A stretch of DNA of 64,000 nucleotides from an uncultured Chloroflexia bacterium (GTDB lineage: Bacteria > Chloroflexota > Limnocylindria > Limnocylindrales > CSP1-4). Position numbers and translations under genes: made by a program. The notes below the pieces were generated by a model. It saw only the letters and a program-made list of their open reading frames with translations, was not told the origin of the DNA and did not search any database. This document shows, piece after piece, positions 27,507 to 38,034 of this stretch. The stretch spans positions 2,848,001 through 2,912,000 of the forward strand of contig OY970218.1 of NCBI GenBank assembly GCA_963713975.1, read 5' to 3'. How positions within the stretch are numbered: the stretch's first letter is position 1; each line of letters starts with the position of its first letter.

Positions 27507-29173
27507 TGGACGATCCGGACGTCCTGACCGGCGTCGTCGCCGACGAGGAGCCGGGCCTGCATCCCGCGGCGGCGGGAGCGGCCACGCGCCTGGGTGCGTC
27601 ATCGACACGAGCGCTCGCGCGTGCCGGCCTCATCGTCACCACCATGTTCCTGGCCGCCCGCGCCATGGGCTATGTCCGGACCATCGCCTTCGCCGCCGCG
27701 GTGCCCGAGGTGTCGCAGCTGGCCCCGTTCTACGCCGCGTTCCGGATCCCCGACTTCCTGTTCCAGCTGGTGGCCGCGGGCGCGCTCTCGTCCGCCCTGA
27801 TCCCGGTCATCGCGGGCCTGTTCGCGAAGGACGAGGAGGCGCGTGCATGGCGCGTCGTCTCGACGGTCGCGACGTTGATGCTCTCCGTGCTGCTCGTCCT
27901 TGCCGCCCTGGTCCTGTGGTTCACGCCGGAGTTCGTGGCCGTCATCACGCCGGGCTTCGATAGGGCGCAGCTCGCCCAGACGGTCGAGCTCACCCGGACC
28001 ATGGTCCTGTCGCCGCTGCTGCTGGCCGCGGGGGCCGTGGCCACGAGCGTCCTCAACTCCCGGGAGCGGTTCGCGGCGGCCGCGGTCGCGCCGCTGGTCT
28101 ACAACGCCGCGATGATCGTCGGCGCGATCGTGCTGGTGCCCATCTACGGCATCCCGGGGCTGGCGTATGGGGTCGTGCTCGGCGCGCTGGGGCACATCGT
28201 GGTCCAGCTGCCATCGCTGGCCCGGTTGGGGGCACGGATCCGTCCGCACGTCGACCTGCGGGACGACCAGGCGCGCACGGCGCTGCTCCTGATGGTGCCG
28301 CGTGCGGTCGGTCTCGGGGCGACCCAGGTGGTGTTCCTGGTGATGACCAGCCTCGCGTCGACGCTCGGACCCGAGGCGATCCCGGTGTTCAACTTCGCCT
28401 TCGCCATCCTCCAGATCCCGATCGGGGTAATCGGGGTGCCGCTGGGCATCGTCCTCCTGCCGTCGCTGTCCCGGGAGGCGGCGCTGGGTGCCGGCGAGGG
28501 GTTCACGAGGCTTGTGACCCGCGGGCTGTCGCTCCTGGGCTACGTCATGGTCCCCATCGCGGCCCTGGGCATCGTGGTCTCGCTGGATGTGGTCCGCCTC
28601 CTGTTCGGCGTGGCGGACATCGGCGAGGACGCGACCAAGGCCACGGCGGCCGCCCTCGCGATCTTCCTGGTCGGGCTGACCGCCCACGCGCTGATCACGG
28701 TCCTGGCCCGCGCGTTCTATGCGCTCCAGGACACCAGGACGCCGGTCGGCGCGGCCCTGGTGGCCGTGGTCGCCAACATCCTGATCGCGAACCTGCTCAT
28801 CGGATCGATGGGGCTGAACGGCCTGGCTGCCGCGATCGCGATCTCCGCGTGGCTCGAGACGCTGGTGCTGGTCGTGCTGCTGCTGCGGCGCGTCCCGGCC
28901 ATCGGGCCCGGCATGGGACACGTCTGGCTGGTCATGGCGAAGACCGTCGTGGTGTCGCTCGCCGGCGCGCTGGCCGCCTACCTGGTCGAGTCGGCGCTCG
29001 TGGGGGCCTGGGGCGTGGATCCCGGGTTCATCCTGATCCTGGTGCGGATCACGCTGGCTGCCGCGGCGGGCGGGCTCGTGATCGTCGCCGGCTCGATCGC
29101 GTTGCGGATCGATGAGCTGCGGTCTATCGTCGGGGTGATGGTGGACCTCATTCGACGACGCGGGCGCGCGTGA
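27506..29173 (+). CDS. murJ: Lipid II flippase MurJ (MviN)
   Basis: AAFRIPDFLFQLVAAGALSSALIPV, many TMs, RAFYALQDTRTP. Confidence 0.92.
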   Translation: MDDPDVLTGVVADEEPGLHPAAAGAATRLGASSTRALARAGLIVTTMFLAARAMGYVRTIAFAAAVPEVSQLAPFYAAFRIPDFLFQLVAAGALSSALIPVIAGLFAKDEEARAWRVVSTVATLMLSVLLVLAALVLWFTPEFVAVITPGFDRAQLAQTVELTRTMVLSPLLLAAGAVATSVLNSRERFAAAAVAPLVYNAAMIVGAIVLVPIYGIPGLAYGVVLGALGHIVVQLPSLARLGARIRPHVDLRDDQARTALLLMVPRAVGLGATQVVFLVMTSLASTLGPEAIPVFNFAFAILQIPIGVIGVPLGIVLLPSLSREAALGAGEGFTRLVTRGLSLLGYVMVPIAALGIVVSLDVVRLLFGVADIGEDATKATAAALAIFLVGLTAHALITVLARAFYALQDTRTPVGAALVAVVANILIANLLIGSMGLNGLAAAIAISAWLETLVLVVLLLRRVPAIGPGMGHVWLVMAKTVVVSLAGALAAYLVESALVGAWGVDPGFILILVRITLAAAAGGLVIVAGSIALRIDELRSIVGVMVDLIRRRGRA

Positions 29174-30291
29174 CCGCGCGGCAATCCGCCGACGCCGGGT
29201 CCGCGCGGTCCGACCCGGGCGCTCCAGGTGACCTGGACCTCGAGGCATGGGACGCCGTGGTGGAGGCGAACGCCCGGAGCTCGTACCTGCAGCTCAGCGC
29301 GTGGGCACGGGTCAAGGCCGTGAACGGATGGTCCGTCCGCCGGCTGCATGACCCGGAGGCCGGCGTGGGAGCCCAGGTGCTGCTCCGCAGGCCAGGCCCG
29401 CTGCCGTGGGCGTTCGGCTACGCACCGCGGGGACCGGTGCTCGGGACGTGGGACGCCGCCTCGATCCAGCGGTTCACCGAGCTCGCGCGTTCCGGGCTCC
29501 GGGATGGCGTCCGGGCGAGCCACCTGCGGATCGACCCGGAGATCGAGCGTGGCGCCGGGCCCGACGAGGGCGACGTGGTCACGGCGGCCCTCCGGGACGC
29601 GGGCTGGCAGCCTGCCCCGGCGATCCAGCCGGTCTCCACGCGGGTCATCGACCTGGCGGCCGACGAGGACGCCCTGTGGGCCGACCTGCGCAAGAAGTGG
29701 CGCCAGTACGTCAACAAGGCCCGGTCCGGGGGCGTGCGGATCGTCGATGCGGGACCCGACCGGCTCGAGGAGTTCTATCGCATCTACCGCGAGACGGCGG
29801 ACCGGGCGGGCTTCCTGATCCGTGCCCAGTCCGCGTACCGCGATGCCTGGGACGCCTACGCCCCGGGTGGCAGGGCGCGGCTGCTGTTCGCGGAGCTCCC
29901 GGGCGGCGATCCGGTGGCGACCCTGTTCCTCGTGCGTGCCGGATCACGCGTGGTGGAGCCCTATGGTGGCATGACCCAGGCGGGCGCCGAGTCCCGGGCG
30001 AACTACCTGCTCAAGTGGGAGGCGATCCGCAGTTCGCGGGAGGCGGGGGCCACGAGCTACGACCTCTGGGGGCTCGCGCACGCCGGGATCGACCACTTCA
30101 AGACCGGGTTCGGCGGCCGGGAGATCCGGTACGTCGGGGCGTGGGACCTCGTTCTCGATGCGCTGGGGAGGAGGACGTACGCCGTGGCCGTGCGGACGCG
30201 GGTCCGTGTCGAGCGGATGCGGCACGGGCTCCGCGCTCGGGGCGGCACGTCCGCCGCGGGGTACGGCGGCGAGGCCGGGGGAGACGGGTGA
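29170..30291 (+). CDS. FemABX-family peptidoglycan bridge aminoacyltransferase
   Basis: YLQLSAWARVK, YAPRGP, LRIDP, KKWRQYVNKA, NYLLKWEAI, YDLWG, FKTGFGG. Confidence 0.88.
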   Translation: MTARQSADAGSARSDPGAPGDLDLEAWDAVVEANARSSYLQLSAWARVKAVNGWSVRRLHDPEAGVGAQVLLRRPGPLPWAFGYAPRGPVLGTWDAASIQRFTELARSGLRDGVRASHLRIDPEIERGAGPDEGDVVTAALRDAGWQPAPAIQPVSTRVIDLAADEDALWADLRKKWRQYVNKARSGGVRIVDAGPDRLEEFYRIYRETADRAGFLIRAQSAYRDAWDAYAPGGRARLLFAELPGGDPVATLFLVRAGSRVVEPYGGMTQAGAESRANYLLKWEAIRSSREAGATSYDLWGLAHAGIDHFKTGFGGREIRYVGAWDLVLDALGRRTYAVAVRTRVRVERMRHGLRARGGTSAAGYGGEAGGDG

Positions 30292-31430
30292 TCGATCCGA
30301 TCCGCGAGCTCGGACCGGACGAGCTCGGCACCTGGGACGCGGCCGCGGTGGACGCGCCGGGCGGCCACGTCCTCCAGTCACGCGCCTGGGCCGAGCACCG
30401 CCGGGCCTCCGGATGGCAGCCACGCTATCTCGCCGCCGGTGATGGCCGGGCACTGGCCCTCGTGCGCGGCTGGCCGCTGGTCCCGGGCGGGTCGGGATAC
30501 ATCCCACGCGGCCCCGTCGGGTCGGCGACTCCGTGGACGGCCGAGCGGGCGCCGGACGCTGGAGCGGCCATCGGGGACATGCTCGTCGCGGTCGCCCGGC
30601 ATCTCGGGCAGGGCGGGGTCGATGTCCTTGCCGCCGACCCGGAGGTCGCCGACGCGGATTCGGGCTATCGGGACATCCTCGCGACGGCGGCGTTCCACGC
30701 GATCCCCGAGATCCAGCCGTCGCGCCACCGGATGGCGCTGGACCTGCCCGCCGACGGCGATCCGGCCACGATGCTGGACGCGGTCGCCAAGGCCACCCGG
30801 CAGCGGATCCGCAGGGCCGAGCGCGATGGCGTGGTCGTCATGCGCTGGGACGCGGCGCGGCACGAGGTCGACGGACTGGTTCGCGCGTCCGAGGCCGGCG
30901 CCGCCGCGCTCGACCGGTTCTACGGGCTGCTCCGGGCGACGGGTGATCGGCGTGGGTTCGGGTTCGCCGGGCCGGTCGAGTTCACGGCGTGGTGGCGGCG
31001 CGCGCTCTCGGCGGGGCATCTCGTCTATCTCGAGGCACGCGAGGGCTCGCCGGACGGCGACGTGCTGGGCGGTCTCGTCCTGTATCGCCACGGACGGCGC
31101 CTCTCGACGGCCCACTCGGGGGACCGCGCCGAGCGGCGCCGGGACCACCCGGGTGCCATGCACCTGCTGCGCTGGCGGGCGATCGAGCTGGCCCTGGCAG
31201 AGCGGCGGGCGGAGATGGACCTGGGGGGCGTGGACCTGCCCGGAGCCCGCAGGCCACCGGAGCCCGGTGAGCCGACGTACGGGCTCTACGAGCACAAGCG
31301 GTCGTTCGGGGCCTCCTGGGTGGCGCTGGCCGGAGCCCAGGAGCGGGTGGAGCGGCCGTGGCGGTATGCGGCGGGCCGGACCGCGGCGCGCGTGGCTCGT
31401 GCAGGGCGACGTGGTGGAGGGAGCGGGTGA
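30288..31430 (+). CDS. Second FemABX-family aminoacyltransferase
   Basis: HVLQSRAWAEHR, YIPRGP, TRQRIRRAERDGV, HLLRWRAI, DLGG, GLYEHKRSFG; GTGA overlap. Confidence 0.82.
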   Translation: MIDPIRELGPDELGTWDAAAVDAPGGHVLQSRAWAEHRRASGWQPRYLAAGDGRALALVRGWPLVPGGSGYIPRGPVGSATPWTAERAPDAGAAIGDMLVAVARHLGQGGVDVLAADPEVADADSGYRDILATAAFHAIPEIQPSRHRMALDLPADGDPATMLDAVAKATRQRIRRAERDGVVVMRWDAARHEVDGLVRASEAGAAALDRFYGLLRATGDRRGFGFAGPVEFTAWWRRALSAGHLVYLEAREGSPDGDVLGGLVLYRHGRRLSTAHSGDRAERRRDHPGAMHLLRWRAIELALAERRAEMDLGGVDLPGARRPPEPGEPTYGLYEHKRSFGASWVALAGAQERVERPWRYAAGRTAARVARAGRRGGGSG

Positions 31431-33070
31431 GCGATCCCCGGACGCCGGTGCAGCGCTCGGTCGCAGCAGCCGGTCCGCGCGAGCCGAGGCCCATGGCGGG
31501 GCTGCTCGCCCGGCTCGAGGCGGTCGGCCTCGTCCTCGGCGTGCGACGGGCGGGACATGCTGTCGCACCCGCGGAGCTGGCCGGGCTGCTCGTGATGGGC
31601 GTGGCCGAGGACTCACGAGTGGTCGGGGATGGCGGGCTGTTCGTGGCGGTGCCCGGCTTCCACGTTGACGGCCACGACTTCGTGGGACGTGCGGCCGCCG
31701 CGGGAGCTGCCGTGGTCATCGTCGAGCGCGAGGTCTCCGGCGTCGCCGTCCCGCAGGTCGTGGTGGGGTCGGCCCGGCGGGCCCTGGCGCATGCGGCCGC
31801 GTGGTGGTCCGGCGACCCCTCCCACGGGTTGGGCGTCGTCGGGGTGACCGGCACGGATGGCAAGACCACCACGACGTACCTGGCGGCGGCGGCGCTGGAG
31901 GCGGCCGGGATGAGCACGGGGCTGGTCGGGACGGTGGAGACCAGGGTGGGCGCCCTCACGGAGCGCCACGAGGCTCACGTGACGACGCCCGGCGCCCCCG
32001 AGCTGCAGGCCACGCTGCGGGCGATGGTCGCCGGGGGCAACGCCGCGGCCGTCGTGGAGACGACGTCGCATGCCCTCGAGCTGGAGCGCGTGCTGGGTGT
32101 CGCGTACGACGTGGCGATGTTCACGAACCTCACCCATGAGCACCTTGATCTCCACGGGACGTTCGAGGCGTACCGGGCCGCCAAGCTCCGCCTGTTCGAG
32201 ATGCTGGCGAGCGGTGTCGGGAACCCGGCCAAGGTCGTGGGTGGACGCCCGTGGCCCAAGCTGGCGGTGCTGAACGTGGACGATCCCGAGGCATCGGCCT
32301 TCGCGGCGGCCGCGCGCACGGCCGGGGCGACCGTCATCTCCTACGGGACGGATCCGGCCGCCGACGTCCGGGCCACCCGGGTTCACGAGGACGCCCGGCG
32401 GCTGCGGGTGGACCTTGCCGGCCCGTCTGGGACGGCATCGCTGGACCTGCGGCTTGCGGGGCGGTTCAACGTCCACAACGCGCTCGCCGTCGTGGCCATG
32501 GGCGAGGGCCTCGGCCTCGACGGCGTGGCGGTTCGCGCCGGCCTCGAGGGCGTCCGTGGCGTTCCCGGTCGGATGGAGCGGATCGAGGCCGGCCAGCCCT
32601 TCGGGGTCATCGTGGACTACGCCCACTCCCCGGCATCACTCCAGGTGGTGCTCGACCTGCTGGCGCCGGTTGCGGCCTCCGGTGGCGGCGCGCTGCTCGC
32701 CGTCTTCGGTTCCGGCGGCGAGCGGGATCGCGCGAAGCGGGCGGTCATGGGCCGGATCGCCGGCGAGCGGTGCCGTCTCGTCATCGCGACCGACGAGGAC
32801 CCCAGGGGCGAGGATCGCTTCGCCATCATCGACGAGGTCGTCCGGGGTGCGGAGTCTGCCGGCCGGACGCGAGGCGTCGACGTGCTGGCGGTCGCCGATC
32901 GGCGCGAGGCCGTGGCCGCCGCCCTCGAGCATGCCCGCCCGGGCGACGTGGTCCTCCTGGCGGGCAAGGGCCACGAGCCGACGATCCTCTACGCGGATCA
33001 CGAGATCCCATGGGACGAGGCCGCGGTCGCACGGGAGATCCTGGCGGCCATGGGCTGGACGGCCGGCTGA
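31427..33070 (+). CDS. murE: UDP-MurNAc-L-Ala-D-Glu:diamino acid ligase MurE
   Basis: GVTGTDGKTT, ETTSHAL, TNLTHEHLDLH, PGRME, VDYAH, GGERD, EDPR, AGKGHE. Confidence 0.92.
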   Translation: MSDPRTPVQRSVAAAGPREPRPMAGLLARLEAVGLVLGVRRAGHAVAPAELAGLLVMGVAEDSRVVGDGGLFVAVPGFHVDGHDFVGRAAAAGAAVVIVEREVSGVAVPQVVVGSARRALAHAAAWWSGDPSHGLGVVGVTGTDGKTTTTYLAAAALEAAGMSTGLVGTVETRVGALTERHEAHVTTPGAPELQATLRAMVAGGNAAAVVETTSHALELERVLGVAYDVAMFTNLTHEHLDLHGTFEAYRAAKLRLFEMLASGVGNPAKVVGGRPWPKLAVLNVDDPEASAFAAAARTAGATVISYGTDPAADVRATRVHEDARRLRVDLAGPSGTASLDLRLAGRFNVHNALAVVAMGEGLGLDGVAVRAGLEGVRGVPGRMERIEAGQPFGVIVDYAHSPASLQVVLDLLAPVAASGGGALLAVFGSGGERDRAKRAVMGRIAGERCRLVIATDEDPRGEDRFAIIDEVVRGAESAGRTRGVDVLAVADRREAVAAALEHARPGDVVLLAGKGHEPTILYADHEIPWDEAAVAREILAAMGWTAG

Positions 33071-33074
33071 CGCG

Positions 33075-33788
33075 GTGCGGAGCTGCCTGTTCATCAGCCT
33101 GCTCGGCGCGATCGTCGTGGCGTTCGTGATCGCGGTTGGCCTGCCGGCGTTGGCCGCGGGGATCATCACCGGGGGCCTGGGTGCGGCGGGCCTGGCCGCG
33201 GACGACACCACGGTGACCGTCTCCAGCGACCCGCCGACCGACCTGCTGGGGCTCCACGCGGACCGCGTCCGGGTGAGCGCGACCGACGCGACGTTCCGGG
33301 GCATGGCGATCGGGCTGCTGGAGCTGACGCTCGGGGACGTGCAGGTTCTGGAGCGGACCGCGGAGAGCGTCCAGGGACGACTGACCGACGTTGAGGTCTC
33401 GGTCCCGGGCGGTGGTCCGATCGCCATCCCCACGATCGGCATCGAGGGCGGCGGCGACACGGTCACGATGAGCTCGGTGATCCCCAGGGCGGCGGTCAAG
33501 CGCCTGATCGCCGACGCCACGGAGGCCCGCACGGGATCGCGCCCGACGTCGGTGGTCCTGACGGTCCCCGACGGCGTCGCGGTCAAGGTCGCCGGTGTGA
33601 CAGCGTCGGGCCGGCTCGTCGTCCGCGACGGCGACCTCGTGCTGGTGGGAGATGGAACCTCTGCGGGCACCGACAGTGTCATCCTTCGTGGCGGCGAGGA
33701 CCTGCCCGTGGAGCTCACGTCCGTCTGGATCACCGGGTCCGGGGGCCTGCGCATGACCGGCGACCTCTCCGTCGGGATCCTGGGTTGA
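33075..33788 (+). CDS. Exported LmeA/DUF2993-like protein
   Basis: N-terminal TM, beta-rich body with DLLGLHADRVRV pattern; GTG start just after the murE stop. Confidence 0.6.
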   Translation: MRSCLFISLLGAIVVAFVIAVGLPALAAGIITGGLGAAGLAADDTTVTVSSDPPTDLLGLHADRVRVSATDATFRGMAIGLLELTLGDVQVLERTAESVQGRLTDVEVSVPGGGPIAIPTIGIEGGGDTVTMSSVIPRAAVKRLIADATEARTGSRPTSVVLTVPDGVAVKVAGVTASGRLVVRDGDLVLVGDGTSAGTDSVILRGGEDLPVELTSVWITGSGGLRMTGDLSVGILG

Positions 33789-33837
33789 GCCACGGCTGAG
33801 CCACGGGCCACCGGGATACAACGGGTAGACTCCGCGC

Positions 33838-36129
33838 ATGGCCGAGCCTGTCGTGCGCGATCCGGAGGTGCCCGTCGAGGCGCCACGTCCGGCCACGTCC
33901 GGCCCGCGGAGGGCCACGCGGAGTAGCGCGGCGAGCGCCCCGGTCGAAGGTCGTCGGGCCCCGGTCGTGCGAGCCGTGGCCTTCGATGCCGGGGCCGTGC
34001 GAAGCCGCTTGCTGGCGGAGCTCCACCAGCAGCACCCGCACGCGGATCTCGAGGTCGTCGAGCGAGCGTTCGACCTCGCCGTCGAGGCCCACGCCAGCCA
34101 GGTCCGCGCGTCCGGCGAGCCCTACGTCACGCACCCGATCGCGTCGGCCCAGATCCTCGCGGAGCTGGGCATCGACCCTGTCGCCGTAGCGGCTGCGCTC
34201 CTGCACGACGTCCCGGAGGACACCGAGTTCAGCCTCGCGGACGTCGAGGAGCGGTTCGGGCCCGAAATCGCCCACATGGTTGATGGCGTCACGAAGCTGT
34301 CCAAGTTCAGCACCCACAGCCATGAGCAGCAGCAGGCAGAGAACATCAGGAAGATGTTCCTGGCCATGGCCGACGACATCCGAGTCGTGCTCATCAAGCT
34401 CGCCGACCGGCTCCACAACATGCGCACGCTCGGCGCCCTCAAGCTCGAGAAGCAGCAGCGGATCGCCCGCCAGACGATGGAGATCTACGCCCCGCTCGCT
34501 GAGCGGCTCGGGATCTGGCAGATCAAGTGGGAGCTCGAGGACCTGTCGTTCAAGGTGCTGGAGCCCGAGGCGTACCGGGAGCTTGCCAAGCTCCTCGATA
34601 CCCGGCGGCGCGGCCGAGAGACCTACATCGATCGGGCGATCTCGGAGCTCCGGCCGCGTCTCGAGGGGGCCGCGATCGACGCCGAGCTGCAGGGCCGGCC
34701 CAAGCACATCTACAGCATCTGGCGGAAGATGCAGCGCAAGGGCGCCGAGTTCGGCGAGATCTACGACGTCTACGCCATCCGCCTGCTCGTGGACGAGATC
34801 CGCGACTGCTACGCGGCGCTGGGCATCGTGCACGCCCTGTGGCGCCCCATCCCCGGTCAGTTCGACGACTACATCGCGGTTCCCAAGAACAACCTGTACC
34901 AGTCGCTGCACACGGCCGTGATCGCGCTCGACGGCAAGCCGCTCGAGATCCAGATCCGCACCCACGCGATGCACCAGGTCTCGGAGGTCGGCATCGCGGC
35001 CCACTGGCGCTACAAGGAGGGCTCGAAGGCAGAGCGCGACTACGACGCCAAGCTCGCTTGGTTGCGCCAGCTGATGGAGTGGCAGCGGGACGTCAGCGAG
35101 TCCGACGCGACGGAGTTCGTGGAGGGGATCAAGCTCGACATCTTCCAGGATCAGGTCTTCGTGTTCACGCCCCGCGGCGACGTCAAGGACCTGCCGGCCG
35201 GTGCCACGCCGCTCGACTTCGCCTACCGCATCCACACCGACATCGGACATCGCACGATCGGCGCCAAGGTCAACAACCGCCTCGTGCCCCTGGACTACCG
35301 GCTCAAGAACGGCGACATCGTCGAGATCGTGACCACCAAGGGCGAGCACGGCCCGTCGCGGGACTGGATGAACATCGTCCGGACATCCCACGCACGCGAG
35401 AAGATCCGCCAATGGTTCAAGAAGAAGGACCGCGCGGAGAACATCACCCACGGTCGGGAGAGCCTCGAGCGGGAGCTCCGCCGGCTGGCCCGGACCAGCA
35501 TCCAGGCGGTGGGCATGGACCACATCGTCGAGGTGGGCAAGACATACCAGCACGACACGGCGGACGACTTCTTCGCCGCCATCGGTTACGGCGCCATCTC
35601 GCCCCAGCAGGTCGTCATGCGCCTGGGCGTCCTCGACGATGGCCACAGCGCGCTGCCCACGGTCGCACCGGTCCAGCCCGCCCGGGCCGGCGGCGTGCGG
35701 GTCAAGGGGGTGGGGGACCTCCTGGTCCGCTTTGCCAAGTGCTGCCACCCGATCCCCGGCGACCCGATCCAGGGATTCATCACGCGCGGCAAGGGCATCA
35801 CCGTGCACCTGCGCACCTGCCCGACCGTCATCAACGAGCGCGAGGTCACACGCCTGATCGACGTCGAGTGGGAGGCCGCTCCGGCCCAGACCTATCCGAT
35901 CGCGATCACCGTCGAGGCCTACGACCGGACGGGTCTACTGTCCGACATCACCCAGGTGATGGCCGAGAACAAGGTGAACATCCTGGCCGCAAGCGTGAGC
36001 GTGAACCCGGACCACACCGCGGCCGTGACGATGACGATCCAGGTGGCCTCGGTGGCCCAGCTGGCCAAGGTCATGAGCCGCGTCGAGCAGCTCAAGGACG
36101 TCCTGAGCGTCCAGCGGGACCTCAGCTAG
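33838..36129 (+). CDS. relA: Bifunctional (p)ppGpp synthetase/hydrolase Rel
   Basis: HD domain LLHDVPEDT, KLADRLHNMRT, GRPKHIYSI, YQSLHT, EIQIRT, TGS (DFAYRIHT), CCHPIPGD, ACT domain. Confidence 0.96.
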   Translation: MAEPVVRDPEVPVEAPRPATSGPRRATRSSAASAPVEGRRAPVVRAVAFDAGAVRSRLLAELHQQHPHADLEVVERAFDLAVEAHASQVRASGEPYVTHPIASAQILAELGIDPVAVAAALLHDVPEDTEFSLADVEERFGPEIAHMVDGVTKLSKFSTHSHEQQQAENIRKMFLAMADDIRVVLIKLADRLHNMRTLGALKLEKQQRIARQTMEIYAPLAERLGIWQIKWELEDLSFKVLEPEAYRELAKLLDTRRRGRETYIDRAISELRPRLEGAAIDAELQGRPKHIYSIWRKMQRKGAEFGEIYDVYAIRLLVDEIRDCYAALGIVHALWRPIPGQFDDYIAVPKNNLYQSLHTAVIALDGKPLEIQIRTHAMHQVSEVGIAAHWRYKEGSKAERDYDAKLAWLRQLMEWQRDVSESDATEFVEGIKLDIFQDQVFVFTPRGDVKDLPAGATPLDFAYRIHTDIGHRTIGAKVNNRLVPLDYRLKNGDIVEIVTTKGEHGPSRDWMNIVRTSHAREKIRQWFKKKDRAENITHGRESLERELRRLARTSIQAVGMDHIVEVGKTYQHDTADDFFAAIGYGAISPQQVVMRLGVLDDGHSALPTVAPVQPARAGGVRVKGVGDLLVRFAKCCHPIPGDPIQGFITRGKGITVHLRTCPTVINEREVTRLIDVEWEAAPAQTYPIAITVEAYDRTGLLSDITQVMAENKVNILAASVSVNPDHTAAVTMTIQVASVAQLAKVMSRVEQLKDVLSVQRDLS

Positions 36130-37480
36130 CGCTGGCCGCCGGCTCACTGGACGGGGCCGCCGCCGTGATCTCCTCGTCCGTCGGGCCGCCGGCCGGTTCG
36201 AACTGCGCCGCACCACGGATGCGCCGGAGCCACACCAGGACCAGGCCCCCGGTCGCGATGCAGGCGACTCCGCCCACCGCCAGCGAGGCCTCTACGCTGA
36301 ACGCCGAGGCGAGCCAGCCCATCAGCAGGCTGCCCGCGGGGGCAGACCCGACGAAGACCGTCGTGTACACGCTGATGACCCGACCGCGCAGCGCGTCCGG
36401 TGCGGCGAGCTGGACCGTCGTGTTGGCGGTTGCCGCCATGCCGATGGCGCCCATGCCCATGAACAGCATCGCCACGAGGGCGAGCGAGTAGACCTGGATG
36501 AACGCCGCGGCCATGAGGGCGACGCCGAGCATCAGCGTCCCGAGCGGGATGATCACCGGGCGTGATCGGCCGGAGAACGCGATCGCCAGCGCGGCCACCA
36601 GAGACCCGATGCCGGAGGCCGTCATCAGGAAGCCATAGCCGGTCGCGTCCGTGTTGAGCACCTCCTGGGCGAGCGCCGGGATGGTGACGGAGAAGTTCAT
36701 CCCGAAGGTGGACACGAGGCCGACGGTCACCGTGGCCAGCAGGACGAGCTCGGCGTGGCGCACGTACCGGAGCCCCTCGGCCAGGGAGGACCGGACCTCT
36801 GCCACCGACTGCGGCCGGGGCAGGATGGTCGGGTGCTGGAGCTCGTCGTCGCGCATTGCCAGGTAGGCGGCGATCACGGCCAGGAAGCTGATGCCGTTGA
36901 GCAGGAACGCGATCGCGACGTCTCCCCCGAAGAACCCGATCGTGAGGCCGGCGATGGCCGGACCGACGATCCGTGCGCCGTTGAACACGGCGGAGTTGAG
37001 GGCGATGGCATTGGCCACGTCCTCGCGCCCGACCATCTCGACCGTGAACGCCTGGCGGGTGGGCATGTCCACGGCATTCGTGACCCCGAGGATGACCGCG
37101 AGCACGCAGATCTGCCAGATCTGGACGACATCGGTCGCGACGAGCCCGAACAACAGGAACGCCAGGACCATCTGGACGGTCTGGGCGGCGATGAGCGTCC
37201 GTCGCTTGGGCAGCGCGTCCGCGATCAGTCCGCCGAACAGGCCGAGGACCAGCACGGGCAGGAAGCCGAGGGCCGTCACGAGGCCGAGGACGAACGGGTC
37301 ATGGGTCAGCTGCAGGACGAGCCAGCCCAGGGCCACCTGCTGCATCCAGGTGCCGATGAGCGAGGTGAGCTGGCCCGCGAAGAACAGGCGGTAGTTGCGG
37401 TGGCGGAAGGCGAGTCCCCCGTTGCGGAGCGCGAAACCCGATCCGAACTGGGGCAGGCCCGTGCGGCGGTGCCTGGTCAC
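36122..37480 (-). CDS. MFS transporter (DUF894/MFS_3 type)
   Basis: RNYRLFFAGQLTSLIGTWMQ, DMPTRQAF, ALNSAVFNGARIVGPA, LRGRVISVY; about 12 TMs. Confidence 0.9.
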   Translation of the reverse strand: MTRHRRTGLPQFGSGFALRNGGLAFRHRNYRLFFAGQLTSLIGTWMQQVALGWLVLQLTHDPFVLGLVTALGFLPVLVLGLFGGLIADALPKRRTLIAAQTVQMVLAFLLFGLVATDVVQIWQICVLAVILGVTNAVDMPTRQAFTVEMVGREDVANAIALNSAVFNGARIVGPAIAGLTIGFFGGDVAIAFLLNGISFLAVIAAYLAMRDDELQHPTILPRPQSVAEVRSSLAEGLRYVRHAELVLLATVTVGLVSTFGMNFSVTIPALAQEVLNTDATGYGFLMTASGIGSLVAALAIAFSGRSRPVIIPLGTLMLGVALMAAAFIQVYSLALVAMLFMGMGAIGMAATANTTVQLAAPDALRGRVISVYTTVFVGSAPAGSLLMGWLASAFSVEASLAVGGVACIATGGLVLVWLRRIRGAAQFEPAGGPTDEEITAAAPSSEPAASAS

Positions 37481-37995
37481 CGCGTCGTCCCCCTGCGGGT
37501 CGACGGTGACGCCGGGACATGGGCGTGGGTGGGCTCGCGACCGGCGTCGAGGTCGGCGAGATGGCCGGCGAGGTGGACGCGCCGCTCCTCGGCCGCCGCG
37601 ATCATCGCGTCGAGGCGCTCGATCTTGCCCCGCAGGGTCGCGACCTGGCGGTCCACGGACTCGATGGCGTCGCCCACGATGCGCCGGCGCTCGGCGACGT
37701 CCGTGGAGGTCCGGAAGCGGAGCCGGTTGCGGACGCGGGCCTGCTCGTCCTCGAGGAGCTGGCGGATCTCGGCCAGCGAGAACCCGGCGTCATCGCGCAG
37801 GCCGCGGATGAACCGGAGCCGCTCCAGGTCCTCGGCGTCGTACAGGCGATAGGCGCCATCGGAGCGGGCGGCCGGTGCGAGCAGGCCGAGCTCCTCGTAG
37901 TAGCGGATGGCGCGCGGCGTGAGGCCGGTCTCGGCGGCCACCTCCTGGATGCGGAGGAGGCTGGCGGCGTCGATGGTCGTCGGGTGATCGATCAC
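37477..37995 (-). CDS. MerR-family transcriptional regulator
   Basis: LRIQEVAAETGLTPRAIRYYEELGLL...YRLY, GFSLAEI, coiled coil; GTG start 6 nt after TATCCT. Confidence 0.9.
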   Translation of the reverse strand: MIDHPTTIDAASLLRIQEVAAETGLTPRAIRYYEELGLLAPAARSDGAYRLYDAEDLERLRFIRGLRDDAGFSLAEIRQLLEDEQARVRNRLRFRTSTDVAERRRIVGDAIESVDRQVATLRGKIERLDAMIAAAEERRVHLAGHLADLDAGREPTHAHVPASPSTRRGTTR

Positions 37996-38010
37996 CCTCG
38001 CAGGATACCG

Positions 38011-38034
38011 AACCTTGCCGCATGCGTGAAGGTT
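38011..38034. promoter_or_regulatory. Dyad operator, probable MerR-family binding site
   Basis: AACCTT-GC-CGCATGCG-TG-AAGGTT inverted repeat just upstream of the merR -10 box. Confidence 0.6.
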
